64,000 bases of DNA, from contig NC_043013.1 of assembly GCF_006345805.1 (NCBI RefSeq), positions 35,588,001-35,652,000 on the forward strand, in the 5' to 3' direction. Below the pieces are notes generated by a model. It ran no database searches and was not told where the DNA came from. It saw nothing but the letters and a program-made list of their open reading frames with translations. Source of the DNA: Octopus sinensis (lineage: Eukaryota). This document shows, piece after piece, positions 52,860-64,000 of this stretch; within the stretch, counting starts at the first letter, position 1, and every line of letters starts with the position of its first letter. The position numbers and the translations under genes are program-made.

Positions 52860-53310
52860 TAATTATTTCTACTCAAGGCACAAGTCCTTGAAAATTTTGG
52901 GGGAAGGGGTCTAGTCAGTTACTTTAACCCAAGTGCATAACTAGTACTTATTTCATCGACCCCCAAAAGAATGAGAAGCAAAATCGACCTCGGTGGAATT
53001 TGAACTCAGAACGTAGCAGCAGATGAAATACCTATTTCTTTATTACCCACAAGGGGCTAAACACAGAGGGGACAAACAAGGACAGACATAGGTATTAAGT
53101 CGATTACATCGACCCCAGTGCGTAACTGGTACTTAATTTATCGACCCCGAAAGGATGAAAGGCAAAGTCGACCTCGGCGTAATTTGAACTCACAACGTAA
53201 CGCAGACGAAATACCGCTAAGCATTTCGCCTGGCACGCTAACGTTTCTGCCAAATGAAATACCGCTGAGCATTTTGCCCTGGCATGCTAACAATTCTGCC
53301 TGCTTGCTGC
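52860..53310 (-). mobile_element. Nested or tandem SINE B copies with a duplicated head
   Basis: Two family B bodies; gaaataccgct.agcattt.gcc..gca.gctaac occurs twice. Confidence 0.8.
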
Positions 53311-53709
53311 CTAATATGGTAGTATTAATAATAATAAAGAATAAGGGGACTTCTACATTTATGAAATTTATTTTCTGCTTATATTCAGCATATTATAATG
53401 ACCTACACTATTGCAATATTGCAATATTGTCCGTACAGCTTCATCAGAAAATGTCCATTCGGTCATCTTCAAAGAGAACTCATTGCAGTAAATTTTTGTT
53501 AGTTAGTGTTCAGTGGGAGGTGGGGGAGTTGTTACTAATTTGACAAATCTGCATTGACAAAATTGTAAGGTCGCATTTGCAGCAGTGAGTAGTTGCTACT
53601 ACAGAAACATGTGTAGGTCAACATTGTATGTTGTATATAACTATAAAACAAATTTTGCAGATTTACAAGTCCCCATACTCTTTACTATTATCAATATTAA
53701 TATATGTAT

Positions 53710-53757
<48 letters not shown>

Positions 53758-53765
53758 TTTGTATA

Positions 53766-54199
53766 TGTTGGGGGTACAAACACAGACACACAAACATGTA
53801 CATACACACATACATACATATATATATTTATATATATATATATACACACACACATACACATATACGACAGGCTTCTTTCAGTTTCCGTCTACTAAATCCA
53901 CTCACAAGGCTTTGGTCGGCTCGAGGCTATAGTAGAAGACACTTGCCCAAGGTGGCACACAGTGGGATTGAACCCGGAACCATGTGGTTAGTAAGGAAGC
54001 TACTTACCACACAGCCACTTCTATGCCTATATATATATATGTATATTTTGTATAATGCCTTTACTGATATGTAATGGTGTAATAAAGTAATGTTTGGGTA
54101 TCATCTGATAGTTGATGTTTTATTGATTTAAGTATGTTTCTCCATTTTCTAATTTTGTAATATATATATATATATATTATATATATATATATATATATA

Positions 54200-54279
<80 letters not shown>

Positions 54280-54650
54280 ATATATTATATATATATATTA
54301 TATATATATATATAGGCATAGGAGTGGCTGTGTGGTAAGTAGCTTCCTTACTAACCACATGGTTCCGGGTTCAATCCCACTGTGTGCCACCTTGGGCAAG
54401 TGTCTTCTACTATAGCCTCGAGCCGACCAAAGCCTTGTGAGTGGATTTGGTAGATGGAAACTGAAAGAAGCCTGTCGTATATGTGTATGTGTGTGTATAT
54501 ATATATATATAAATATATATATGTATGTATGTGTGTATGTACATGTTTGTGTGTCTGTGTTTGTACCCCCAACATTGCTTGACAACTGATGCTAGTGATT
54601 TTATTTCCCTGTAACTTAACAGTTCAGCAAAAGAGACCGATTGAATAAGT
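53766..54650. mobile_element. Head-to-head SINE A pair (53766-54035 minus; 54307-54650 plus) forming a ~270 bp inverted repeat
   Basis: The arms are nearly identical, including private variants. Confidence 0.9.
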
Positions 54651-54895
54651 GTATGTGTGTGTGTGTATATATGATGGCTGATCACTTGTGACCGACGAAG
54701 ACCATTGCTGACCTTTAGGAACATTGTGTGTAATTATATATATACAATCAAAATTATAATCAACCCATTTTGAATTATATGGATAATACCATACTAAATT
54801 CTGGTGCTTTTAACTTAAGTACCATATTCATCTGAATCTAAATTTTAATGAACTTATATATATATATATATATGTGTGCGTGTGTATACCTATAC

Positions 54896-54962
<67 letters not shown>

Positions 54963-55964
54963 TCATCATCATCATCATCATCATCATCGTTTAAGCGGAC
55001 ATTAAACGATGATGATGATGATGATGATATATATAATATATATATATATTATATATATATATACACTTACATATATATGTGTGTGTCTGTGTGTACGTGT
55101 GTGTAGGAAGAGAGAGAGAGAGAGAGCTTTCTGTATATATCTTAATAAGCTTACAGTGCAGAAAATCTCGTAACTGTGGCATATGTTTGTGTGTGTGTTT
55201 GTGTGTCTGTCTCTCTGTCTGTCTATATGAGTATATACATAAATGCATGCCCATATTTACGTATGTGTATATTTTTTACAGGTAAAAATTTGTGTGTATA
55301 CATGCTCACATATACACAAACACATATATTTATATGAATTTATTTATGCACACCCCCCCACCACCACCACTACGCCTCCTATCTGAAGGGCTAAGCAGTT
55401 CATAAAACTTCAATGAATTCAAAAGTTTCACCAGGGGTAGATTGGTGCATTTTATATACACACATATATATATTCACGTCTTTCTCTCTGTCTTCCTTGT
55501 TAATATTATTCCACAAAGGAAAGTCTAGTCATTAACGAAGAAACCAGATGCTTTCAGTGCACCCTGATTACAGGTTATATACCTCTAATCAGGTAACTTA
55601 TAAAGGTATGTAGTTCCTACCTCCAGCCTTGGGTTCACTCGGTGATATTGTGTTACAGAATATCTTAAGAGGTAACATTGAGGTAACCACTTTCGGAAGA
55701 TATGTTCCCACCTAGTTCTTGACATTATGTGTATGTGTGCACCACGTATGTATGCATGTGTTTGTATGTGTGCACGTATGTCTGCATGTGTATGTATGTG
55801 CATGGGGGTGGGTGCGCAGGCACATGCAAGCGTGTATGAGTATTTATGTGTGTGTATGTGATCTGATCAATAAGTATCTGGTCTGTTGCCATAATAACGA
55901 AGCTAAAGCACACAGAATAAACCTGCTTGGCACAGATTGACCTTAAACTCTTCTCTGCATGTAC

Positions 55965-56212
55965 ACTAAGTTTTAACCTATTTCTTTACTACCCACAAGG
56001 GGCCAAACATAGACAGGACAAGCAAGGACAGACAAATGGATCAAGTCGATTATATCGACCCCAGTGTATAACTGGTTACTTAATTTATCGACCCCAAAAG
56101 GATGAAAAACAAAGTTGACCTCGGCAGAATTTGAACTCAGAACATAACGGCAGACGAAATACTGCTAAGCATTTCGCCCAGCATGCTAACGTTTCTGCCA
56201 GCTCGCCACCTT
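55965..56212 (-). mobile_element. SINE family B
   Basis: Close match to the family. Confidence 0.85.
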
Positions 56213-56224
56213 AGTTTTAATGTT

Positions 56225-56410
56225 CTAGCTCACTCCCACTGTTTACAGCAGTGCTTGAGAGGAAGGTGTGTAGCATGTGATTGTCCCATTGACTATGACA
56301 GAGATAGTCGAGCAGACAATCTGTATCAAATTTTGCCAAAAGCTTAGCGGTACCTGTTCAGTGGCCTATGCAAAGTTTTCAAAACTTTTCACCATTCTCA
56401 ACACAATCCA
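56225..56410 (+). mobile_element. mariner-like transposase 5' remnant
   Basis: MTEIVEQTICIKFCQKL resembles the mariner N-terminus EQR.CIKFC.KL. Confidence 0.65.
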
Positions 56411-56874
56411 GAAGAACTTGTGCAACTGAAACCCGAGTATCTTTTTGGTCAGTTGAAAGCAGTTTTGGCACAAACTTGGCAGATACACGTCTCATACCCA
56501 AATCTTTGGTGATGATGGATTGAGCTGAACCCTAACTAATCTACACATTCCCCTCATGGCTGCTCGCATATCTGTGATGTTTTCTCAGTTCTGCTGGTTG
56601 CGGGTCTCCGTAAGCTTATCTTTCCATGGATAAACCTAATCTTACTTTTTGCATTTTTCAAATTTTTCTGTGATACACGATCCCTTTTGGTCGTTTTTTT
56701 TTCCCCAACCCCTTTGATTGGAATTTTACTTTTTTCTTATTTTGCCCTTTTTTCATTTTCAAAAAGAAAAGCTCTACATTTGTATTTGTCCCCTCTGTGT
56801 TCAGCCCTGTGTGGCCAACAAAGAAAGTTATCTACATACATACATACATACATACATACATACATACATACAGG

Positions 56875-57237
56875 CTTAGGAGTGGCTGTGTGGTAAGTAA
56901 CTTGCTTACCAACCACATGGTCCCAGGTTCAGTCTCACTGTGTGGCACCTTGGGCAAGTGTCTTCTACTATAGCCTTGGACCGACCAAAGCCTTGTGAGT
57001 GGATTTGGTAGACAGAAACTGAAAGAAGCCCATCGTATATATGTATATGTGTCACCCCCCCCCACTATCGCTTGACAACTGATGTTGGTGTGTTTACACC
57101 CCTGTAACTTAGCAGTTCAGCAAAGGAGACTGATTGAATAAGTACTAGGCTTACAAAGAATAAGTCCTTGGGTCGATTTCCCTTGACTAAAGGTGGTGCT
57201 CCAGCATGGCCACAGTCAAATGACTGAAATAGTAAAA
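56875..57237 (+). mobile_element. SINE family A
   Basis: Close match to the family. Confidence 0.88.
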
Positions 57238-57589
57238 GATTATCTATCTATCTATCTACAGTTTCAAGTTTGATGTGGCAATTGTTGATTCATCTCATAT
57301 CAGCCCATAATGAGCAGACGTTTGTTGAAGGACATTACAACTGTGCCCATCACTTCTTTCTCTCAAACATTTAGTATCTAGAACAACATTGTCTAATTTA
57401 TTTCTCCTTTTTAAAGATAATTACGTGTGATTTAACCCTTTAGCATTTAGGCTATTCTGGCCTCACAGAAGCAAAGTGGCTGAGTTCCTTTCGAGCGTTG
57501 GGCCTCATGGACGCAATGACTGATACTTTTGGCATTATGTCATGCTTGAGAATAAGACCCATGAAGCAGAGCAAACTCGCAGTTGTGGC

Positions 57590-57746
57590 ACATACCAGTG
57601 GTGTGTAAAAGCACCCATTACACTCTCGGAGGGGTTGGCATTAGGAAGGGCATCATGCCAAATCAAACTGGTGTTTGGTGTAGCATTCCAGCATGCCAGC
57701 CCAGTCAAACCGTCCAACCCATGCCAGTATGGACAATGGACGTTAA

Positions 57747-57775
<29 letters not shown>
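57590..57775 (+). mobile_element. RTE-type 3' end with (GAT)n tail
   Basis: ggcattaggaagggcatc...caacccatgccagtatggacaatggacgttaaatgatg. Confidence 0.75.
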
Positions 57776-57777
<2 letters not shown>

Positions 57778-57821
57778 ATTCACATTATTTTGTATTAATT
57801 ATACATTATCTTCAAACTTGT

Positions 57822-57905
57822 ACAAGTGTCTTTTACTATAGCCTCAGGCTGACCAAAACCTTGTGAGTGGATTTGGTAGACGGAAACTGAAAGAAGCCTG
57901 TTGTA

Positions 57906-57941
<36 letters not shown>

Positions 57942-58002
57942 ATATAATATATATATAATATATATATATATAATATATATATATACATATATATATACAT
58001 AC

Positions 58003-58053
<51 letters not shown>

Positions 58054-58370
58054 ATATATATATATATAACATATATATACATACATATATATATATATAA
58101 TATATATATATATAAGTATATATGCATGTATATATATATATGTATGTGTGTGTGTATATGTTTGTGTGTCTGTGTTTGTCCCCTCAACATCGCTTGACAA
58201 CAAATGCTGGTGTGTTTATGTCCCCGTAACATAGCAGTTCAGCAAAAAAGACCGATAGAATAAGCACTAGGCTTACAACAAATAAATCTTGGGGTCGATT
58301 TGCTCAACTAAAGGTGATGCTCCAGCATGGCCACAGTCAAATGACTGAAACAAGTAGAAGAGTAAAAGAG
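57822..58370 (+). mobile_element. 5'-truncated SINE A with a ~250 bp internal (TA)n expansion
   Basis: Body and tail match the family; the microsatellite sits after gaagcctgttg. Confidence 0.85.
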
Positions 58371-59118
58371 TAAATGGTATGACCTTGTAAAGCTCACTCA
58401 TTAATTCATCTTAGTTTTTGCCTCCAACAGCCTCATAGTCTCAGACTTATTATGTCTGACGGAACCAGTTATCCCATTATTCCCCTGACCAACCAAACTT
58501 TTCTAACTCCCATGTGTGATATTCTTACTTACAGCCATTCTTGGAGTTTTTTTCCTTTATTATTTTTCTTATTTTTATATAATTCATTTAACACTAACTT
58601 AGCCAAGCCCTGTTTCAGAAAACAACTATTTAATCTGGGGCCTCGCTATGCCTTTCAAATCAATTTAACCCATGCGGTGCTAAATATCCTCTACAGTCAC
58701 TTATGAACCTCATTTTGTCTTTTAGTAGCATTGAACTCCAGTCATGTTATGTCTTAAGTTGCCATTTGAAATCATTTCATAAAAAACAAAAATATTTATA
58801 TATTGTTTTTTAAATTATGCTTTTCTCATAAATTCTAAACTTAACACTTCCGCTTAACTCACCAATTATTGTCCTGTCTAAGACGAAATATTTGTTTCTT
58901 TTCCAAATGTTTTTCCCTTTATTCCTTTATTTCTCCCTTTTTTTCTTTTATTTAATTTTTTTTTTTTTTTTGAATCGTTTCCAACCCATTCCATCTCAGA
59001 AGAATGAGTTCATGACATTTTTTTTTTTTTTAAAAAACCCCTATTTTTTAATTTCAAAAACTCTTAACAATAACATTATCCATCGCCATAACCATTCCAG
59101 CCAGCCATATACACTTAC

Positions 59119-59233
59119 CTCCAAACCTCCCATCCATACCACTGGGCTTCACTTCACTACCGCACTCCACTGTAAGACTACCACCATGCCACTTGCTTCT
59201 ACAGTGCGCTGTGCAATGATCACAGATCGTAAC
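59119..59233 (-). CDS. Possible small exon (115 nt, VTICDHCTAHCRSKWHGGSLTVECGSEVKPSGMDGRFG)
   Basis: ttctgtAG acceptor, perfect GAG|GTAAGT donor, one open frame; no recognisable homology. Confidence 0.2.
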
Positions 59234-59743
59234 CTACAGAATTTTATGCTTCAGTTGATTTTCACTTCATAATTCTCCCCACCTACCACCCTTCACGAAG
59301 CACACATATATATCCTTACATCCATATACATACACACATATATATATGCATGTATACGTATGTTGTGTCTATGGACGAGTGTGTATGTATACGTTTATTT
59401 GCATATATATGTATATATATATATATGTGTATATATATATATGTGTTTATATATATATATATTTGTGTGTGTGTATAAATATATGCATACATGTATATAA
59501 TTTTATATATGCGCATGTGTGTATATGTGTGTTGTGTATTTAAAAAATGCCTGTCTCAACAGTTAATTTAACACGTCACTTAACAATGTATGGGTGTATG
59601 TATGTGTGCATGAGATTTGTTTATATATACATATATATATGTCTGTGTATATATATATGTGTGTGTGTATATGTGAGCTTGTATAGATACACTTATATGT
59701 ACATGTAAAAATCTATATGCATATATATATATGAATGTGGGTG

Positions 59744-59789
<46 letters not shown>

Positions 59790-59841
59790 GGATGTATATG
59801 CATATATACACACAAACACACACACATATAAATACACACAC

Positions 59842-59885
<44 letters not shown>

Positions 59886-60422
59886 TCAATACATTATACA
59901 CTGCATTTTGCTCTTACATACTTATAAATCCTTAAATCCTTAAAAATGTTTTAGCCCGAAGGCCGCGGCCATATATATTAATTTTTATAAGTTTGTACAG
60001 AAGTGGAGACATAAACACCTGGCAAGGGTAACAGCACTGTGAAGGTGAATATACATTCATACATACATGTGTACATACGTACGTTTGTGTGTAGTTGGAA
60101 TGGAATTGCTTGTATTGAAGTGAGTGAAGATACCTCAGGAGCGGTGGCTATATTTGCTCTTTGCTCTTTTACAGAACAAATGCAATGCATGACACTGCCA
60201 CCACCACCACATCCACCACTACTACTACTACTACCATCATCATCATTATCATCAATGTCAATACCACTAACCGCCTCAGTTGCCAACGACATCAACATCC
60301 AAACATACAACCTTGTTTAATGATGTTGAAAAGGGAGAACAAGAGAAAATTACACACAAGAAATAAAAAACAACATAAAAACTAATCCATAAGTAAAGTT
60401 CAACTTTGACCTTTCTATGCCT

Positions 60423-60484
<62 letters not shown>

Positions 60485-60486
60485 GC

Positions 60487-60532
<46 letters not shown>

Positions 60533-61189
60533 GTCATTATTTGTTTGTTTGCTTGTTTCTATTTTTGTATTGTTTTCTTTCATTTTTCTGCTGTTGTATT
60601 TTTTAAATCACTCTTTATTTTCTTTTTGTTTATTGACCTGTGAATTGAAACTTTAACTCTTTGCCCACCTCTTTATCTTTACATACTCTATGCCACCACC
60701 ATCATCATCAGCATCGTCATCATCATCATCATCATAACCATAACATGAAATACTATCAACATCATCCCCAGGAAGAAGTCTTTTCGTGGTTCCTTTACCA
60801 ACTAGAAACACCAGCCAACAAGCTCTCTCGAATGACAGCCTAGAATATAAAAAGAAAGACAAAGGGATGCATTTGAGAAGCAGTTTTCCATTCTACGCAG
60901 ACAGGAAAAGCAACAACAACAAAAATAAATAAATTAACTTGAATTAAAATGCAGGATGGTTTACCACTAGAATTCCTATGATAGGGTTTTATTTGAAGTT
61001 CAACAGCAACAAAATTTTGATTGAGTGCCTCTCCTGGCAAAAATACATCTTTAACATTTCTAGGCCTACCTCAAGAACAGGCTCTTTCTTCTTATTAAGG
61101 TCAGGAGACACTTCAGTCCTGAACCATTATTAGCACCTTACAAAGCTCAGATGAGGCCCATAATACAATAAAGTTCTCACAATCAAGAT

Positions 61190-61615
61190 AAGTTAAGTTA
61201 ATTTTTTGGCTCAAAAAGCAAAAAGCAAGGCCATGTAGGGGGACATGGAGTTATGTACAGGGTGGTGTTCATGCAAAGAGTTCAGGCCATTTGTGGTCAA
61301 GGGAGACTTTGAACCGAGCGGTCGTCGGCATCTTCACCATCTCGTCCAGCAGCTTATTCCACGGATCCGCAACCCGGACGGAGAAAGCCCCTCTCCTTCG
61401 ATTGAGATGAAATCATCGCAGATAGAGCTTTTCGGAGTGGCCCCATAGCCGACGTTCTGGAGCAGGAGTGAAGAACAGCTCTTTCGAGAGGTTACACTTT
61501 CCGCTTATGATGTTGTGAGCAAGAATGAGATCACCACGGCATCGTCGTTTTTCTAAAGAATAAAGGTCGAGCGTCTTCAGCCTTTCTTCATAAGACAAAT
61601 GCTTGAGACCAAGAA
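61190..61615 (-). mobile_element. Second, 5'-truncated copy of the CR1-type LINE (3' ~430 bp)
   Basis: Aligns with 3870-4280; GLKHLSYEERLKTLDLYSLEKRRCRGDLILAH; tail (TTAAC)n. Confidence 0.92.
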
Positions 61616-62291
61616 CCAAGATGATGCACAAACGGAGATCCAAGATCATGAACATGATGTACAGGAAAAGGCCATTCAGCTGATTGGCATAAAGTCACTC
61701 ACAGACATGCTCCAACTTCTGGTACAAAGGTTCATCGTCTCTCTCTCTCTCTCTCCCTCTCTTTTTTCTCTCTCCCTCACTCACTCTCCTTCTTTTTCTC
61801 TCCCCTTTCTATCTCACTCTCTTCCTCTCCCGTTTTTTTCTTTCTTTCTTTCTATCTCTATCAATCAATCTCTCTCTCTTTATCTCACTCTCTTCTTCTT
61901 CTTCTTCTTGAACTAAAATGGTTTCTTCTCCACAGAACTGGTCAGACTCGCATTGGTTTCAGATTTTGACACAAGGCCAGAAATTCCAGGCTAGAGAGGG
62001 AGGGAGAAAGTCAATTACATCGACCCCAGTGCTTAACTGGTAGTTACTTTATCGACCCCTATCCCACCCCCATCCCCACAAAATGGATGAAAGTCAAAGC
62101 TGACCCCATCAAATAGCTGCACTCATATCACCTCCTGATTCAGGCATCCCTTATCCACTCACGTTTCCACCTCTCATTATCCTTGTTAGGCTCAATTCCA
62201 CTGAAATCCTACACTAATCACCACACCCACACATCCCTTCCTAACATGCCAACCATCCGGATTTCTTTCCCTTCTCATGTCTTTCCTGCAG

Positions 62292-62363
62292 GCGTTGACA
62301 TGGAAAGATTCAAGAGGTACATTACTCAATCTCACCAATTTGGAAGAACGAGCAAAGAATATG
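62292..62363 (+). CDS. Candidate 72 nt symmetric exon of an unidentified gene
   Basis: Long pyrimidine tract ...tttctttcccttctcatgtctttcctgcAG and donor ATG|GTCAGT. Two frames are open (ALTWKDSRGTLLNLTNLEERAKNM or VDMERFKRYITQSHQFGRTSKEY). Confidence 0.35.
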
Positions 62364-62419
62364 GTCAGTACTCTTTCTGCCAGCGATGGTAGTAGTGGCG
62401 ATAGTGGTGGTAGTGATGA

Positions 62420-62482
62420 CAGTTGAACCATCCTCCACCTCCTCCTCCTCCTCCTCATCATCATCATCATCATTGTCGTCAC

Positions 62483-62519
<37 letters not shown>

Positions 62520-62778
62520 GTCATCCTCCGCCTCCTCCTCATCAACATCACTGTCATCATCGTCATCATCATCATCATTATCATTGCTGTCATCATCGTT
62601 ATCCTCCTCCACCTCATTATCATCATCATCGTCATTATCATCGTCCTCCTCCTCCTCCTACTCATCATCATCATCATTATCCTACTCCTCATCCTTCTCA
62701 TTATCATCATCATCATCATCCTCATCATTATCATAATCATTGCCGTCATCATCATCATTGCTGTCATCATCATCATCC

Positions 62779-62822
<44 letters not shown>

Positions 62823-62825
62823 GCC
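62420..62825. repeat. (CAT/CCT)n microsatellite
   Basis: Directly visible. Confidence 0.95.
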
Positions 62826-63061
62826 ATTTAGCATCCATTTTCCATGTTGGCATGTATGTACATATGTGTGTATGCTATGTATTTAAAATATCTCTGTCTC
62901 AACAGCTAATTTCACATGTCACTTAATGATACGTGGTTGTATGTATGTGTGTATGGGATTTGTTTATATGTATATATGTGTATATATGTGTGTGTATGTG
63001 AGTTTGCATAGATATACTCATATGTACATATAACCATCTATATGCATATATATATATATGA

Positions 63062-63095
<34 letters not shown>

Positions 63096-63149
63096 ATGTA
63101 TATGCATATATATATATATATTTATATAGGGAGAATTCACAAAAAAATA

Positions 63150-63535
63150 TATATATGTATGTATATACCAGAGCAAGCACATAAATGTGAAACAAGGTGG
63201 AAAAAACGAGAACTCAAATACCAGAGGTAGAGTAATATGCTTTATTTAAAAGCAGCAGAAATATAACAAAAGCTGTTACTCAGCTCTTTGATTTTTATAA
63301 TAGGATGAATTTATATTGTATTCATTTATTTTGTTTATTTTGTTTATCGCACGCTTAAGACCGTTAATTGAAAGGACCAATGAAACAAATCCATTTTTAA
63401 AGGTGTATCCTTTAACTAGTTTTGATCATATTGTTATTTCTGTTCTATTTTAACAAAACTGTCTGACGAACGGGAACGTGGAACTCTGAGTAACAGCTTT
63501 TGTTATATTTCTGCTGCTTTTAAATAAAGTATGTA
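63150..63535 (+). mobile_element. Penelope-like insertion: inverted terminal copy (63150-63283) plus 3' fragment with terminal repeat (to 63535)
   Basis: ctttatttaaaagcagcagaaatataacaaaagctgttactcag is the reverse complement of ctgagtaacagcttttgttatatttctgctgcttttaaataaag. Confidence 0.75.
63459..63496 (+). ncRNA. Type I hammerhead ribozyme motif, one core substitution
   Basis: CTGT-CTGACGA-ACG-GGAA-CGT-GGAAC-TCTGA-GTA-ACAG; stems I, II and III all pair. Confidence 0.7.
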
Positions 63536-63594
63536 TATATATATATATATACATACATACTCACACACACACATACACACATATACATACATAT

Positions 63595-63806
63595 AGTTAA
63601 TCCAAACAAGAAAGCACAAAAAAACACCACAATGCGAGGACGTGGAACGAATATAGTATTATTGGACGCTCAGGAAAGAAGGAAAGAAGGAGGATTTAAC
63701 GTTTCGAGCGGAGCTCTTCGTCGGAAACATAGGAGAAGGAAAGATCCAGAGAAGGGAAGACAGAGGAAAAAAAAATCGCCAATGGTACACACGCGGTCAC
63801 ATTTTG
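63595..63806 (-). mobile_element. Penelope-like terminal repeat (different family)
   Basis: Carries the hammerhead-like motif at 63695-63727 and is flanked by TA/CA repeats. Confidence 0.6.
63695..63727 (-). ncRNA. Minimal type I hammerhead motif (U4C variant)
   Basis: TTT-CCGACGA-aGAGC-TCC-GCTC-GAAAC-GTT-AAA. Confidence 0.6.
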
Positions 63807-63839
63807 AATATATATATATATGTGTATACTAAATACACA

Positions 63840-64000
63840 TATAGATGCAGTTTGAGAGGGGCTGGCAAGCCAGAGGACAGCACCAAGTTCCACTATCTGC
63901 CTTGCCAGGATTTTTACAGATGGAGATGCCTTTCCTAATGCCAACCACTTTACAGAGTGGACTAGATTCTTTTCACATATCATTACCACCAACATCATTG
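63840..64000 (-). mobile_element. RTE-type 3' end remnant
   Basis: gatgcctttcctaatgccaaccactttacagagtg. Confidence 0.6.

Noticed and set aside
60799-60839. 41 nt minus-strand segment with a strong acceptor and GTAAAG donor
   Set aside because: No frame-consistent link to the next candidate exon and no recognisable peptide; such signals arise by chance in 64 kb.

Overview
This is AT-rich, microsatellite-saturated metazoan DNA. The three tRNA-headed SINE families and the extreme (TA)n/(CA)n/(GAT)n/(AAT)n load point to an octopus (cephalopod) genome; this is an inference, not a database match. No host protein-coding gene can be called with confidence. Nearly all ORFs in the supplied track are microsatellite read-throughs, and only a few short splice-site-flanked candidate exons remain. 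The window is mostly transposable-element relics. These include a near-complete but frameshifted CR1-type LINE ORF2 (3.85-6.84 kb) with a second truncated copy, several RTE LINE remnants, an R4/Dong-like element embedded in (TAA)n, a CRE-like fragment, Penelope-like elements, two Helitron derivatives, mariner, hAT and piggyBac-type remnants or MITEs, and more than 25 SINE copies. The most notable observations are: (1) several different Penelope-type termini each carry a minimal type I hammerhead-ribozyme fold, and two copies complement each other to give an intact consensus; (2) a ~870 bp tandem duplication has a hybrid SINE at its junction, with both parental target-site duplications still readable; (3) a nested SINE-tail/(TAA)n/Dong/Helitron stack; (4) a head-to-head SINE pair shares private mutations; (5) a cluster of TAATCC homeodomain sites lies in unique sequence. 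Boundaries were read by eye and are approximate unless stated.
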